Below are positions 15,001-28,378 of a DNA stretch of 64,000 nucleotides, piece by piece. The DNA is taken from positions 3,844,001 to 3,908,000 of the forward strand of contig OZ024745.1 in NCBI GenBank assembly GCA_964016885.1, in the 5' to 3' direction. A program made the position numbers and the translations under genes. The stretch is from Eledone cirrhosa. Lineage: Eukaryota. Position 1 is the first letter of the stretch; the number at the start of each line of letters is the position of its first letter. The notes under the pieces are model-generated. The model worked only from the letters and a program-made list of their open reading frames with translations. It was not told where the DNA came from and did not search any database.

Positions 15001-18000
15001 TGGTAGGTTATAGTTGCAGGATGGGGCCACAGAGAATGGTAGGTTATAGTTGCAGGATGGGGTCAGAGAATGGTAGGTTATAGTTGGAGGATGGGGCCAC
15101 AGAGAATGGTAGGTTATAGTTGCAGGATGGGGTCAGAGAATGGTAGGTTATAGTTGGAGGATGGGGTCAGAGAATGGTAGGTTATAGTTGCAGGATGGGG
15201 TCAGAGAATGGTAGGTTATAGTTGCAGGATGGGGCCACAGAGAATGGTAGGTTATAGTTGCAGGATGGGGTCAGAGAATGGTAGGTTATAGTTGCAGGAT
15301 GGGGTCACAGAGAATGGTAGGTTATAGTTGCAGGATGGGGTCAGAGAATGGTAGGTTATAGTTGCAGGATGGGGCCACAGAGAATGGTAGGTTATAGTTG
15401 CAGGATGGGGTCAGAGAATGGTAGGTTATAGTTGCAGGATGGAATCACAGAGAATGGTAGGTTATAGTTGCAGGATGGGGCCAGAGAGAATGGTAGGTTA
15501 TAGTTGCAGGATGGAATCACAGAGAATGGTAGGTTATAGTTGCAGGATGGGGCCACAGAGAATGGTAGGTTATAGTTGCAGGATGGAATCACAGAGAATG
15601 GTAGGTTATAGTTGCAGGATGGGATCACAGAGAATGGTAGGTTATAGTTGCAGGATGGAATCACAGAGAATGGTAGGTTATAGTTGCAGGATGGAATCAC
15701 AGAGAATGGTAGGTTATAGTTGCAGGATGGAATCACAGAGAATGGTAGGTTATAGTTGCAGGATGGGGTCACAGAGAATGGTAGGTTATAGTTGCAGGAT
15801 GGGGTCACAGAGAATGGTAGGTTATAGTTGCAGGATGGGGTCACAGAGAATGGTAGGTTATAGTTGCAGGATGGGGTCACAGAGAATGGTAGGTTATAGT
15901 TGCAGGATGGGGTCACAGAGAATGGTAGGTTATAGTTGCAGGATGGGGTCACAGAGAATGGTAGGTTATAGTTGCAGGATGGAATCACAGAGAATGGTAG
16001 GTTATAGTTGCAGGATGGAATCACAGAGAATGGTAGGTTATAGTTGCAGGATGGGATCACAGAGAATGGTAGGTTATAGTTGCAGGATGGGATCACAGAG
16101 AATGGTAGGTTATAGTTGCAGGATGGAATCACAGAGAATGGTAGGTTATAGTTGCAGGATGGGGTCACAGAGAATGGTAGGTTATAGTTGCAGGATGGGG
16201 TCACAGAGAATGGTAGGTTATAGTTGCAGGATGGGGTCACAGAGAATGGTAGGTTATAGTTGCAGGATGGGGTCACAGAGAATGGTAGGTTATAGTTGCA
16301 GGATGGGGTCACAGAGAATGGTAGGTTATAGTTGCAGGATGGGGTCACAGAGAATGGTAGGTTATAGTTGCAGGATGGGGTCACAGAGAATGGTAGGTTA
16401 TAGTTGCAGGATGGGGTCACAGAGAATGGTAGGTTATAGTTGCAGGATGGGGTCACAGAGAATGGTAGGTTATAGTTGCAGGATGGGGTCAGAGAATGGT
16501 AGGTTATAGTTGCAGGATGGGGCCACAGAGAATGGTAGGTTATAGTTGCAGGATGGGGTCACAGAGAATGGTAGGTTATAGTTGCAGGATGGGGTCACAG
16601 AGAATGGTAGGTTATAGTTGCAGGATGGGGCCACAGAGTATGGTAGGTTATAGTTGCAGGATGGGGTCACAGAGAATGGTAGGTTATAGTTGCAGGATGG
16701 GGCCACAGAGAATGGTAGGTTATAGTTGCAGGATGGGGTCACAGAGAATGGTAGGTTATAGTTGCAGGATGGGGTCACAGAGAATGGTAGGTTATAGTTG
16801 CAGGATGGAATCACAGAGAATGGTAGGTTATAGTTGCAGGATGGAATCACAGAGAATGGTAGGTTATAGTTGCAGGATGGGGTCACAGAGAATGGTAGGT
16901 TATAGTTGCAGGATGGGGTCACAGAGAATGGTAGGTTATAGTTGCAGGATGGGGTCGGGAGAGAATGGTAGGTTATAGTTGCAGGATGGGGCCACAGAGT
17001 ATGGTAGGTTATAGTTGCAGGATGGGGCCACAGAGAATGGTAGGTTATAGTTGCAGGATGGGGCCACAGAGTATGGTAGGTTATAGTTGCAGGATGGGGC
17101 CACAGAGAATGGTAGGTTATAGTTGCAGGATGGGGTCACAGAGAATGGTAGGTTATAGTTGCAGGATGGGGCCACAGAGTATGGTAGGTTATAGTTGCAG
17201 GATGGGGCCACAGAGAATGGTAGGTTATAGTTGCAGGATGGGGCCACAGAGAATGGTAGGTTATAGTTGCAGGATGGGGCCACAGAGTATGGTAGGTTAT
17301 AGTTGCAGGATGGGGTCAGAGAATGGTAGGTTATAGTTGCAGGATGGGACCTGAGAATGGTAGGTTATAGTTGCAGGATGGGGTCAGAGAGAATGGTAGG
17401 TTATAGTTGCAGGATGGGGTCAGAGAATGGTAGGTTATAGTTGCAGGATGCGGTCAGAGAATGGTAGGTTATAGTTGCAGGATGGGGCCACAGAGAATGG
17501 TAGGTTATAGTTGCAGGATGGGGCCACAGAGAATGGTAGGTTATAGTTGCAGGATGGGGTCAGAGAGAATGGTAGGTTATAGTTGCAGGATGGAATCACA
17601 GAGAATGGTAGGTTATAGTTGCAGGATGGGGCCACAGAGAATGGTAGGTTATAGTTGCAGGATGGGGTCAGAGAGAATGGTAGGTTATAGTTGCAGGATG
17701 GGGTCAGAGAGAATGGTAGGTTATAGTTGCAGGATGGGGCCACAGAGAATGGTAGGTTATAGTTGCAGGATGGGGTCAGAGAGAATGGTAGGTTATAGTT
17801 GCAGGATGGGGTCAGAGAATGGTAGGTTATAGTTGCAGGATGGGGCCACAGAGAATGGTAGGTTATAGTTGCAGGATGGGGTCAGAGAGAATGGTAGGTT
17901 ATAGTTGCAGGATGGGGTCAGAGAATGGTAGGTTATAGTTGCAGGATGGGGCCACAGAGAATGGTAGGTTATAGTTGCAGGATGGGGCCACAGAGAATGG

Positions 18001-19290
18001 TAGGTTATAGTTGCAGGATGGGGTCACAGAGAATGGTAGGTTATAGTTGCAGGATGGGGCCACAGAGAATGGTAGGTTATAGTTGCAGGATGGGGCCGGA
18101 GAATGGTAGGTTATAGTTGGAGGATGGGGCCACAGAGAATGGTAGGTTATAGTTGCAGGATGGGGCCGGAGAATGGTAGGTTATAGTTGGAGGATGGGGC
18201 CACAGAGAATGGTAGGTTATAGTTGCAGGATGGGGTCAGAGAATGGTAGGTTATAGTTGCAGGATGGGGCCACAGAGAATGGTAGGTTATAGTTGCAGGA
18301 TGGGGTCAGAGAGAATGGTAGGTTATAGTTGCAGGATGGGGTCAGAGAGAATGGTAGGTTATAGTTGCAGGATGGGGTCAGAGAGAATGGTAGGTTATAG
18401 TTGCAGGATGGAGTCACAGAGAATGGTAGGTTATAGTTGCAGGATGGGGCCACAGAGAATGGTAGGTTATAGTTGCAGGATGGGGTCAGAGAGAATAGTA
18501 GGTTATAGTTGCAGGATGGGGCCACAGAGAATGGTAGGTTATAGTTGCAGGATGGGGTCAGAGAGAATGGTAGGTTATAGTTGCAGGATGGGGTCAGAGA
18601 GAATGGTAGGTTATAGTTGCAGGATGGGGTCAGAGAGAATGGTAGGTTATAGTTGCAGGATGGGGTCAGAGAGAATGGTAGGTTATAGTTGCAGGATGGG
18701 GTCAGAGAGAATGGTAGGTTATAGTTGCAGGATGGGGCCACAGAGAATGGTAGGTTATAGTTGCAGGATGGGGTCAGAGAGAATGGTAGGTTATAGTTGC
18801 AGGATGGGGTCAGAGAGAATGGTAGGTTATAGTTGCAGGATGGGGCCACAGAGAATGGTAGGTTATAGTTGCAGGATGGAGTCACAGAGAATGGTAGGTT
18901 ATAGTTGCAGGATGGGGCCACAGAGAATGGTAGGTTATAGTTGCAGGATGGGGTCAGAGAGAATGGTAGGTTATAGTTGCAGGATGGGGTCAGAGAGAAT
19001 GGTAGGTTATAGTTGCAGGATGGGGTCAGAGAGAATGGTAGGTTATAGTTGCAGGATGGGGCCACAGAGAATGGTAGTTTATAGTTGCAGGATGGAATCA
19101 CAGAGAATGGTAGGTTATAGTTGCAGGATGGGGCCACAGAGAATGGTAGGTTATAGTTGCAGGATGGAATCACAGAGAATGGTAGGTTATAGTTGCAGGA
19201 TGGGGCCACAGAGAATGGAAAGGTTATAGTTGCAGGATGGGGCCACAGAGGTTATAGCTGCAGGTTGGGGCCACAGAGAATGATAGGTTT
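1..19290. repeat. Large satellite array, 36-bp unit GAGAATGGTAGGTTATAGTTGCAGGATGGGG(C/T)CACA with 34-bp variants; about 540 units, runs off the left edge
   Basis: Direct tandem periodicity. Variation is almost confined to the GGGG(c/t)cacag / ggag / agag segment. The array decays at about 19210-19290. Confidence 0.99.
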
Positions 19291-19512
19291 ATGCAAATTG
19301 GAAGTATTTTATTGTTTTTGGCTAAAATAAACTTGTTTTACAGTTTTCATTTCAAATCATTCTTGTGCCATACCATTATGTTTCCAAAATGCCTAAAATC
19401 ATTTAAAGATAATCCAAAATAATAAAATGTGTCTAACCCATGCTAGCGTGGAAAGAGACATGATGATGATCCTTATTGCCATATATCACTGTTGTACTTG
19501 AGAAAATACTAG

Positions 19513-19840
19513 ATGGTGTATACAGTAGGGTTGTACAAAACAAACTGGTGTCAGAGAATTACAAACGAAAGGTTATATGGAAACTTGCCCAAAATAACTA
19601 CAACTGCTGAAAGACTAACGATTAGCAGGACATTACTGGAGAAACAGGAAGTTATACACAAGCTATTATTGTTGGAACCAACTCACGGGAGACACAGTAG
19701 AAGAAGACCTTCTCGAACCTTCATTGATCAACTCTCAGATGATATAAACCCCAGTAGGGAGCACTTGCTAGGAACAAGGGAAAATCGTGAATTATGGAGA
19801 CTTTGTCAGGAATGTTCAACTGAGGTCACAATGATGATGG
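19513..19840 (+). mobile_element. Degenerate 3' end of an RTE-clade LINE ORF
   Basis: Translation ITNERLYGNLPKIT...LLLEPTHGRHSRRRPSRTFIDQL...NRELWR resembles RTE C-termini. It is followed by an ATGATG tail. Confidence 0.65.
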
Positions 19841-20471
19841 AGTCAATAAAAAGAATTAGATAATAATCATCACAGGTGAAGTCATTACTTAAACAGTTCT
19901 ACTGACTTTTCAGATGGACAGGGGTGACACATTTCTTGCTTACATATATTCCCACACTTTACAGAGTATACCAAGTATATTTCATAATGGAACCAGTAGA
20001 AGGGAGGTTATCATATCTTTGACACAACTAAAGAATTACCACCCTGATAAATTTTGTTTGGCAAGTTTTCTACACTTCGATGCCCTTCCTTTCACCAACC
20101 ACTTTACAGAGAGTACAGGGTGCATTTTCCCTGGCAATAATCAAAACAGATTTTCAGATGATAAACTAGGAGAAACACAAATATTAACAAAACAACTATT
20201 TACCTTACAACTACTCCCAATCAGCACATTCTATGATGGACCTTAAGAAAGAAGTCCTCTTACTCATTTAAACAACTAATGGCTTTTCTAAAGATATTAA
20301 CTATGTCAATGAAATAGTACATGGTTTTTACAGTGGAGAGAAACAGTTATGTTCATACCTTTTTGAGGGGTATATAAAAAATATGATCAGAACTAGGGAA
20401 ATGAATTTTAAAAAAACCAGTTCCAAATCACACCTTACTCTGACATTCACAAGGTGGTTCTCTCTCTCTCT

Positions 20472-20621
20472 CATATATATATATATAATATATATATATA
20501 TATTATATATAATATATATATATATAATATATATATAATATATATATATATAATATATATATATATAATATATATAATATATATATATATAATATATATA
20601 ATATATATATATATAATATAT

Positions 20622-20655
<34 letters not shown>

Positions 20656-20704
20656 ATATATATATATATAATATATATATATATAATATATATATATATA
20701 ATAT

Positions 20705-20749
<45 letters not shown>

Positions 20750-20965
20750 TATATATAATATATATATATAATATATATATATATAATATATATATATAAT
20801 ATATATATATATAATATATATATATATAATATATATATATAATATATATATATAAAATATATATATATAATATATATATATATAATATATATATATATAA
20901 TATATATATAATATATATATATATAATATATATATATTATATATATATTATATATATATATATAT

Positions 20966-20996
<31 letters not shown>

Positions 20997-21068
20997 ATAT
21001 ATATAATATATATATATATAATATATATATAATATATATATATATAATATATATATAATATATATATA

Positions 21069-21106
<38 letters not shown>

Positions 21107-21115
21107 TATATATAA
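20472..21115. repeat. About 640-bp (TA)n / TATAA microsatellite
   Basis: Pure A/T alternating tract. Confidence 0.98.
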
Positions 21116-21435
21116 TCTCGTGGAAGGAGATGAGGGACGTTGAGAAGTGGAGAGATGCTGTGCTGAATAGGACCCGTCCCACTCTTGCAAGCAGGGAAAA
21201 GCGGACGTATGATGATGATGATATATATATTTATTTATATATAACCCATGCAAGCGTTGCATGGGTTAGACAGGTTAAGCTCTGAAGCTAGACAGGCATG
21301 TTAGGCCCATTATCTGGTCATGCGTTCCATTTCGATATGGCTCCTACAGCTGGATACCCTTCCTAACACCACCCACTTCCTAGCGGGTACCAGGTTTGTT
21401 TTCATGTGGCATCAGCATAGCAAACTAACAGAGGG

Positions 21436-21778
21436 CTGGGTGCATTTTTCAAAGCACCTGCACTACCACTTTACAGAGAGAGCTGGGTGCATTTTTCAAA
21501 GCACCTGCACTACCACTTTACAGAGAGAGCTGGGTGCATTTTTCAAAGCACCTGCACTACCACTTTACAGAGAGAGCTGGGTGCATTTTTCAAAGCACCT
21601 GCACTACCACTTTACAGAGAGAGCTGGGTGCATTTTTCAAAGCACCTGCACTACCACTTTACAGAGAGAGCTGGGTGCATTTTTCAAAGCACCTGCACTA
21701 CCACTTTACAGAGAGAGCTGGGTGCATTTTTCAAAGCACCTGCACTACCACTTTACAGAGTGGACTGGGTGCATTTTA
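21436..21778. repeat. 47-bp minisatellite (about 7 copies) amplified from an interspersed repeat
   Basis: Unit CTGGGTGCATTTTTCAAAGCACCTGCACTACCACTTTACAGAGAGAG. The same CCACTTTACAGAG / GGGTGCATTTT motifs occur singly near 20099 and 52385-52428. Confidence 0.95.
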
Positions 21779-23785
21779 TTGTGACACCAGTTATTTCATC
21801 TTCGTGTTGCAACCATTTAAAATTTAGCATTTATTTCTAACAGTTATTAATAGAAGTATTATCCTATATCATGTTATCGTAATATAACACTTTTCCCTGA
21901 CATTGCTTCTTTAACCCTTTAGCATTTAAACTTGTCGTAACCGCCCAGAATTATCTCACCTCTTTCTGTTCAAACCGGCTGCTCATACTTATGTTAAGGT
22001 ATTGTTCTCAAAATATATATCAAAATCTCATAGATTCGATATTATGTGAGATAAAGTGTTTACCGTGGAAATACGGTAGTACATATAAAGTAATGTAAAT
22101 GCTAGAGTTAAATATTTTATAAATTCTCTGCTGTGTCTATGTGTATATATACAAACATATCGTGTGCGTGTGTGTATATATACAAACATATCGTGTGCGT
22201 GTGTGTATATATACAAACATATCGTGTGCATGTGTGTTGATGGATATTATACAATAGCTCAGGTTAATTTTCATATAGAAACGACATGAAATGGTAAACA
22301 ATACTTGAAAGAGTGAAAGATAAAGTACTTACTCTGGCACGGTATGTAAGATTTACACTACAGGAGTGGGATACACAATAAATATATATATATACCTATC
22401 ATTGGGGTACACAATCTCTCTCTCTCTCTCTCTGCCATACGTATGATTGGGGTACATAACTTCTCATTTATTGTGTAAACAATAACTTCTCATTTATTGT
22501 GTAAACAATAAATGTACAATTTGGCATAAGCGACCCATATTTCATGTTGAAAATACCATGAGAGATATATTCGAAATATTTTAATATAAAGGCCCCCACC
22601 AAAGCTGCATTTAAACACAGCTAATACATAAAACGGAGAAGAAAGGTGAATTATAGGAAAAGAATTGATTAGAAGAAGAAAAAGCAGAGAAATAACATGA
22701 CTCAGTACTACTACTACTTCTATTGAGAATATGGGGTTAGCCACAAGTGAACGACATTTCAACCATTTCTGATAAGCTGCCGTCGCTAACACTACAACAG
22801 TTAACATTTCGGACAAATATTTCCATCACCAACGTCGTTTTCTATGACACACAAGTGTTAACACTACAAACGACATTTACTATCGACACAATGGTCAGAG
22901 TCCCGGAACAATCACTGTCACAGTGAGAAGAACGAGAAGACACACCACCCCACACTTATTGCAGACACCCAACCATGTCTGTCTTTTATATAACCATTTC
23001 CACCACCACCAACGTCAACATGACCTACAAGTACAACAACCCACCACCACCACCACCACAAACAATACAGCTGTTAACATACACCCCCTACTACTACTAC
23101 TACCACAATAAGCATGAAAACATTTCTAAAACAGCCGATATACATACATTGATTCCACCCATTATATATTACTGCTACTTGTTTTATCGATTTTGGAGGA
23201 ATGGGTGACATGATCCACTTCCAACTTGATGTGAACTCAAAAACGTGCTGAACAAAGCTAAATAATAGAAATCAACCTATGCTAACCCGGCTCTCTGTTG
23301 TATGCCTCCATCACTAACCACACGACCTGCTAGATATCGTCGTCCAATTCCCCTCCCTCAGACTACACATTGTTGTCTTTGGAAAAAGACACTTTTAGAT
23401 AATGTAGTCCAGGGTACTGTTTGGAAGGACAAACAAAAACAGGCGGAATGGTCATGGATGGAATACTTTGATTATATGACTGCTCAATAAAAACTACTAT
23501 TACTACAAGTAACATCGTCACTAACGAGCCAAAGAAAAAGGTAGTATGTGGCTACAAGGATATGTCACCATAGGTGTATGCTCTCGTCATTACAAACTAC
23601 AACACGCAACCAACGTCATTAATTTCCAATTAAAAAATAAATAAAAGGAAGACCTCCAAGTTGCAACGAAAAAAATGAGATTGCTCGAGATTATGTATGT
23701 GTATATATGTAGGTGAGTAATATTGTAGAACAATAAAACTATGCATATATCAGTTAAGGAGCACTCGACAGTTGGTAGAACTGGA

Positions 23786-23836
<51 letters not shown>

Positions 23837-26619
23837 TTACCTTTCCAGAGTCATTAAGGACAAAGTAAAGTTTAATTAGTTTCAACATGAGAATCGTAAC
23901 TGGGTCGCAGCAGATTCTAGTTTGGTTAATGAGATTAGAACTCAAAAGTTGGAGACAACGAAACTCTTAATAAGAGAGAGAGGGTAAAGAAGACATATGA
24001 GAGAGAGGGTGATAGAAAGTAATTAGAAAGTTGAGAAGAAAAAAGATAGAAATTGAGAGAAACAAAATATTAGAAATCCATAATATATCGGAAAGGTAAA
24101 TATATTATTGAAATAAAAGGTGGACATATAATAGATGTTTGAACGGAGGGATGTGTGTAGAAGGATGATACTAGCAATACAGAAATTATATATCACGATG
24201 ATGATGTTAATATAGACATAGCTTCTACAGGACTAGAACTGTTTCATTAAAAAAATTATCCTGTAGAAGCCATTTCTATGTTAACACTCTACTAATGTAT
24301 TGAGTAGCTTACTATCTGTGGTACCCCCGATTGAACCCGGGACTCACACACACATATATATGTGTGTGTGTGTGTGTTGAATGCGTGTTGTTGGTGAAAG
24401 CAGAAGAAAATAAAAAAAAATACTCGAAAGATATTTATATAGAGAGAGGGAAAGAGTGAAAAAGTCAGGCGACGTAACTATACAATACGAGGGGAGGTGG
24501 CAATTGAACTATATATATATATAAAATAAATATAAATAAAAGAACTTTCTCTGCCTGCCCAGACGGAAGAAACATAAAACATAAACACACCTCTCACCAT
24601 TTCTACCCAATACCATTCTTACAGATAACAATTAAAAACAACATCAGTGATGACGATAATAAACCACTTCAATCACACAATAGCTCTTTAGTAGACACAA
24701 AATAACTCATCTGAAAAGTATGAACCCGACAGCAATAATAATAACAAAGTTATTACAAATGTTGTTGTCGCGACTGCTGCTGTTGTTATGACGGGCACTG
24801 TGTGGTGAGAGCAAGTGCGCGATTCAGTTTCGATTTTCAATGTTAAAACGTTCTCACATCCCTCTCTTTTCAAAATATATTTCAACCGATCTATATTTCC
24901 CTACTTTCTCTAAAGTATACCAAGCTTATTCGGTCTATGTAATGAAAATAAAATTACTTTATTATTACTTCCATTAGAATGACTAATGCAAAAAAAAAAA
25001 AAAGCTTTATATACTCAACACCTGTCTCCAAGTGTAAACATTGATTTCTTTTTAAAGAAGAAGCACAAAGCCATTGATGGATGCGGGGCAATTGTGTAAT
25101 GGTCATGTCTTTCTCAAATACATAACACATTATTAAAGTTATATGTAGGAGCGTGTGTACACACACAAACTGTTAATCATTGGAAAGAGAGGGGCAGAGG
25201 GGTAGATTGTAGAAGAAAGTGTTGTGCGAGTTATAAAGATTTACATGGGACAGTGTTTGCACTGTTGATGTTAGCTACCCGAATAAACAGAAACTATAGG
25301 AACAACATAATTGTATAGCTCTCTCTCTATGTATATAGTAATATTGTATAGCTCTCTCTCTCTATGTATATAGTAATATTGTATAGCTCTCTCTCTCTAC
25401 GTATATAGTAATATTGTATAGGCCCGATGTAAAGGGTTAGTAAATAATATTTTATATTCAGACAGACAATGTGAAACATTAATAAATTGTCTCGACTGGA
25501 TAAAAACATTTTCATGAAATATAGAAATGTAACAGAACTATTAATGGTAGACGTAGACGTATAGGTAAATATAAATTTATTGACGTGAATAGCGGCGAGG
25601 TAACGTATTAATATGGTTACAGGAAAAAATATCAATAAAACTACACAGCAGAGAAAATACTATTAGAACTACACACATATAAATACATGTGTGTATAAGA
25701 TAAAGCTTTGATAGAAGTGTATACCCACGGGAAACACATACGTTATATACTTATATATAAAGTGAATCGCTTTGAGGAGAATCGTGGCACATTCGAAGTG
25801 AAATATCGATTTAATATCGGGACTCATACTTTCTTTTTTAATTGATGTTGTTATTACATATGAAACTGTCCAAAATGTAAAGTAACACAACCTCACGCTC
25901 ACAGGGGAACTACTGCTGAACTCAACCGGAATCAATTAATAGGAGAGAAAAAAGAAATCAGGGAAAATCGATAATATTTACAACTCGTTGGCCACATACA
26001 ATAAAGTAAATCAACAAAATGAAAGATCCTGTATGTAAATTGGGTGACTATGGATAAGACACTTCTACAAGCTAGCTTATAAACAAACCCACACAATACC
26101 TTTCACGAGCATTCACTTCATGTTCAGATAATTATAGACCTTTCACTAGTTTCATTCCCAACCATAATTTCAATAACATCTATACGATATAGAAAACAAA
26201 CTAGAAACAAACACACTAATATTTACTCATTAGATTCACTTTTGTCAACTACATATATGTGGTGTGTATATATTTATATATACACAGCACTCTTGCTGTG
26301 TATATATTTATATATACACAGCACTCTTGTATTTAGAAAACAACAAACGATACATGTTTAACCTAGTGTATACTTGAGAATCTGTGTATATGTGTATTAT
26401 AAATACACGTGTGTATGAAAGTGAACTATTATTAATGTATACAACAAGCAGAACGATTTACGAAAGTCACAGTTTGTGTATATGTGTGTGTATTTATATA
26501 TATACATGTGTGTATATACATATATATGTATATACATACATATTAATGCACATAGATATTTTAAATGATGTATATATATGTATGAATGGATGTGTATCGT
26601 TTCAATAACAGATTGTAAC

Positions 26620-26627
26620 AAGGATAC
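26620..26627 (-). promoter_or_regulatory. U12-type (minor spliceosome) 5' splice site GTATCCTT of MAU2 intron 2
   Basis: Immediately follows the 18-nt exon. Matches the U12 consensus RTATCCTT(T) at 8 of 9 positions. Confidence 0.85.
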
Positions 26628-26645
26628 GCTACATGATAGAGTCCA
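26628..26645 (-). CDS. MAU2: MAU2 exon 2, an 18-nt microexon (WTLSCS)
   Basis: Strong polypyrimidine tract CTT(T)nCAG acceptor; TGG ACT CTA TCA TGT AGC; phase 0/0. Continues HLEKA into WTLSCS, corresponding to vertebrate HLEKA-WLISQQ (recalled). Confidence 0.88.
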
Positions 26646-26792
26646 CTGAAAAAAAAAAAAAAAGAAGGGTGGAGAATAAACATGGGCACTCAGATATATA
26701 GAGATGAATAAAAACGATATTTATATATTTTCAAAACAATAACGACTAAAGAAATAGGGGTAGACATCATTTGTAAAAAGAATTAAACATAC

Positions 26793-27023
26793 CGCCTTTT
26801 CCAAATGCGTCTGAGCGAGATCTATGTTTTTTGTATGGGCCAGTAAAATGTTACCCAATTGTAGATGTGTCCTTGACTCAATCCGCGGAGGTGGTTTGAA
26901 ATTGAAAATAGATTGTAGACAATGAATACATAACCGAATATTAGGAGGGTTCGACGTCCGGAATGTTTCTGCCAAACCTAAAAGGGAAACATACCACGGT
27001 TCGGCATCAGCGGCCGACGCCAT
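26793..27023 (-). CDS. MAU2: MAU2 (Scc4) cohesin loading factor, coding exon 1 (77 aa)
   Basis: [77 protein letters not shown] is the recognisable MAU2 N-terminus. Donor GCG|GTATGT at 26792; 147-nt intron to exon 2. Confidence 0.96.
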
Positions 27024-27027
27024 TTTG
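27018..27027 (-). promoter_or_regulatory. YY1-like motif CAAAATGGCG overlapping the MAU2 start codon
   Basis: Sequence match only. This motif is common at housekeeping-gene starts. Confidence 0.4.
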
Positions 27028-27981
27028 CTAGCTTAAATTTTGAATGCGGAATAGTGGTGCTGAGCTGATCTTTTTTTTTTAAATATATATACACTCCAAA
27101 TATTAATATTATCTCAAAAATAAAGTTTCTAAAAATTAAATATTAATTTAATTACAATTTATTAAATAATTCAGTTTAATATTTTTTCTGAAAACTTTCA
27201 TTTCCTGCTCTCGACAGGTCAGGGCCAAGTTATTCCAATTTAGGTCAAGCTGCGTTATTTGGATATTACTGGACGATGTGTTCAGAAGTTTGTGTGTGTG
27301 TATGTATGTTTATCAATATATATATATGTGTTTATCAATATATACATGTGTGTTTATCAATCTATATATGTATGTTATCAATATATATATATGTGTTTAT
27401 CAATATATGTATGTGTGTTTATTAATATACATGTGTTTATCAATATATGTGTATGTTTATCAATCTATATATATGTGTGTGTTTATTAATATAAATATGT
27501 GATGTGTGTGTATACTTAACTCAGTTTCTCTCTATATATATATATGTGTATATAAACAATTCTGTGCGTATAAACAGTGAATGACGAGAATATACAGATC
27601 AGCCACAAGTTGAATGCTATGTGATTTGGTTTCGATATTTGGTTAAAGTCATTTTATTTACAATTATGGTAAAGACGTGCTTCATAACATATCTTTTCCT
27701 CCAAAACTAAAATATCAGGTTTCTTGTTTGTAAAACAAGAAAATCCCTTTTAATTTTAATTTATTTTCATATTTCTTTATCATTATTGTTGTTGTTGTTG
27801 TTTTGTCTTCAAATTAAAGAAAGCGCACCACATGTGCCAATATGGAGCTAATTAAGGACCAACTAAATATAACGACCTTAGTAGTTCTATCTTTACTACA
27901 GAGAAAAGGACAGACATTTAAATAACTTCTATATTTGTACACGCACTTGGTGTTGAATTAATGGACTTTTGGGGGCTGGGG

Positions 27982-28378
27982 CAGTGTTAGATTTAGACCT
28001 TGGGGGGTCAGAGCACTTCAGGTTTAGGGGCCTCGGAGCACTTCAGGTTTAGGGGCCTCGGAGCACTTCAGGTTTAGGGACCTCGGAGTACTTTAGCTTT
28101 AGAGGCCTCGGAGCACTTCAGGTTTAGGGGCCTCGGAGCACTTCAGGTTTAGGGGCCTCGGAGTACTTCAGGTTTAGTCCCCCCCCCCCATTTTACATAT
28201 CAAAGTTAGGTTGGTGCAAGTAATTGGAATTGAAAAGTTATACATACAGGTATTAAATAAAAAAATTCTAACCATCCTTAAGAGCACAAATATATTGTTA
28301 CGGCCGTCGCTTGTGGGGCACTCGATTGCAGGGGGCCCGGTGCAAATGCTCCCTTGCCGTCCATTAAATCCGGCCCTG
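27982..28378. mobile_element. Putative non-autonomous DNA transposon (MITE) with an internal 25-bp minisatellite (28011-28176)
   Basis: Right end TTAAATCCGGCCCTG; degenerate left end CAGTGTTAGATTTAG; internal GAGCACTTCAGGTTTAGGGGCCTCG x about 6.5. Confidence 0.5.

Noticed and set aside
21-19229. Many ORFs (MVGYSCRMGPQR)n and (PSCNYNLPFSV)n
   Set aside because: These are translations of a 36-bp satellite. Frequent 34-bp units break the frame and there is no non-repetitive coding context.
1-19290. CRISPR-like appearance (constant ~27-bp part plus a short variable part)
   Set aside because: The variable part is only 7-9 bp drawn from a few recurring variants, there are no unique spacers and no cas genes, and the context is eukaryotic.
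26721-26792. C-terminal 23 aa of the 100-aa ORF ([10 protein letters not shown]...)
   Set aside because: Read-through into MAU2 intron 1 past the GTATGT donor.
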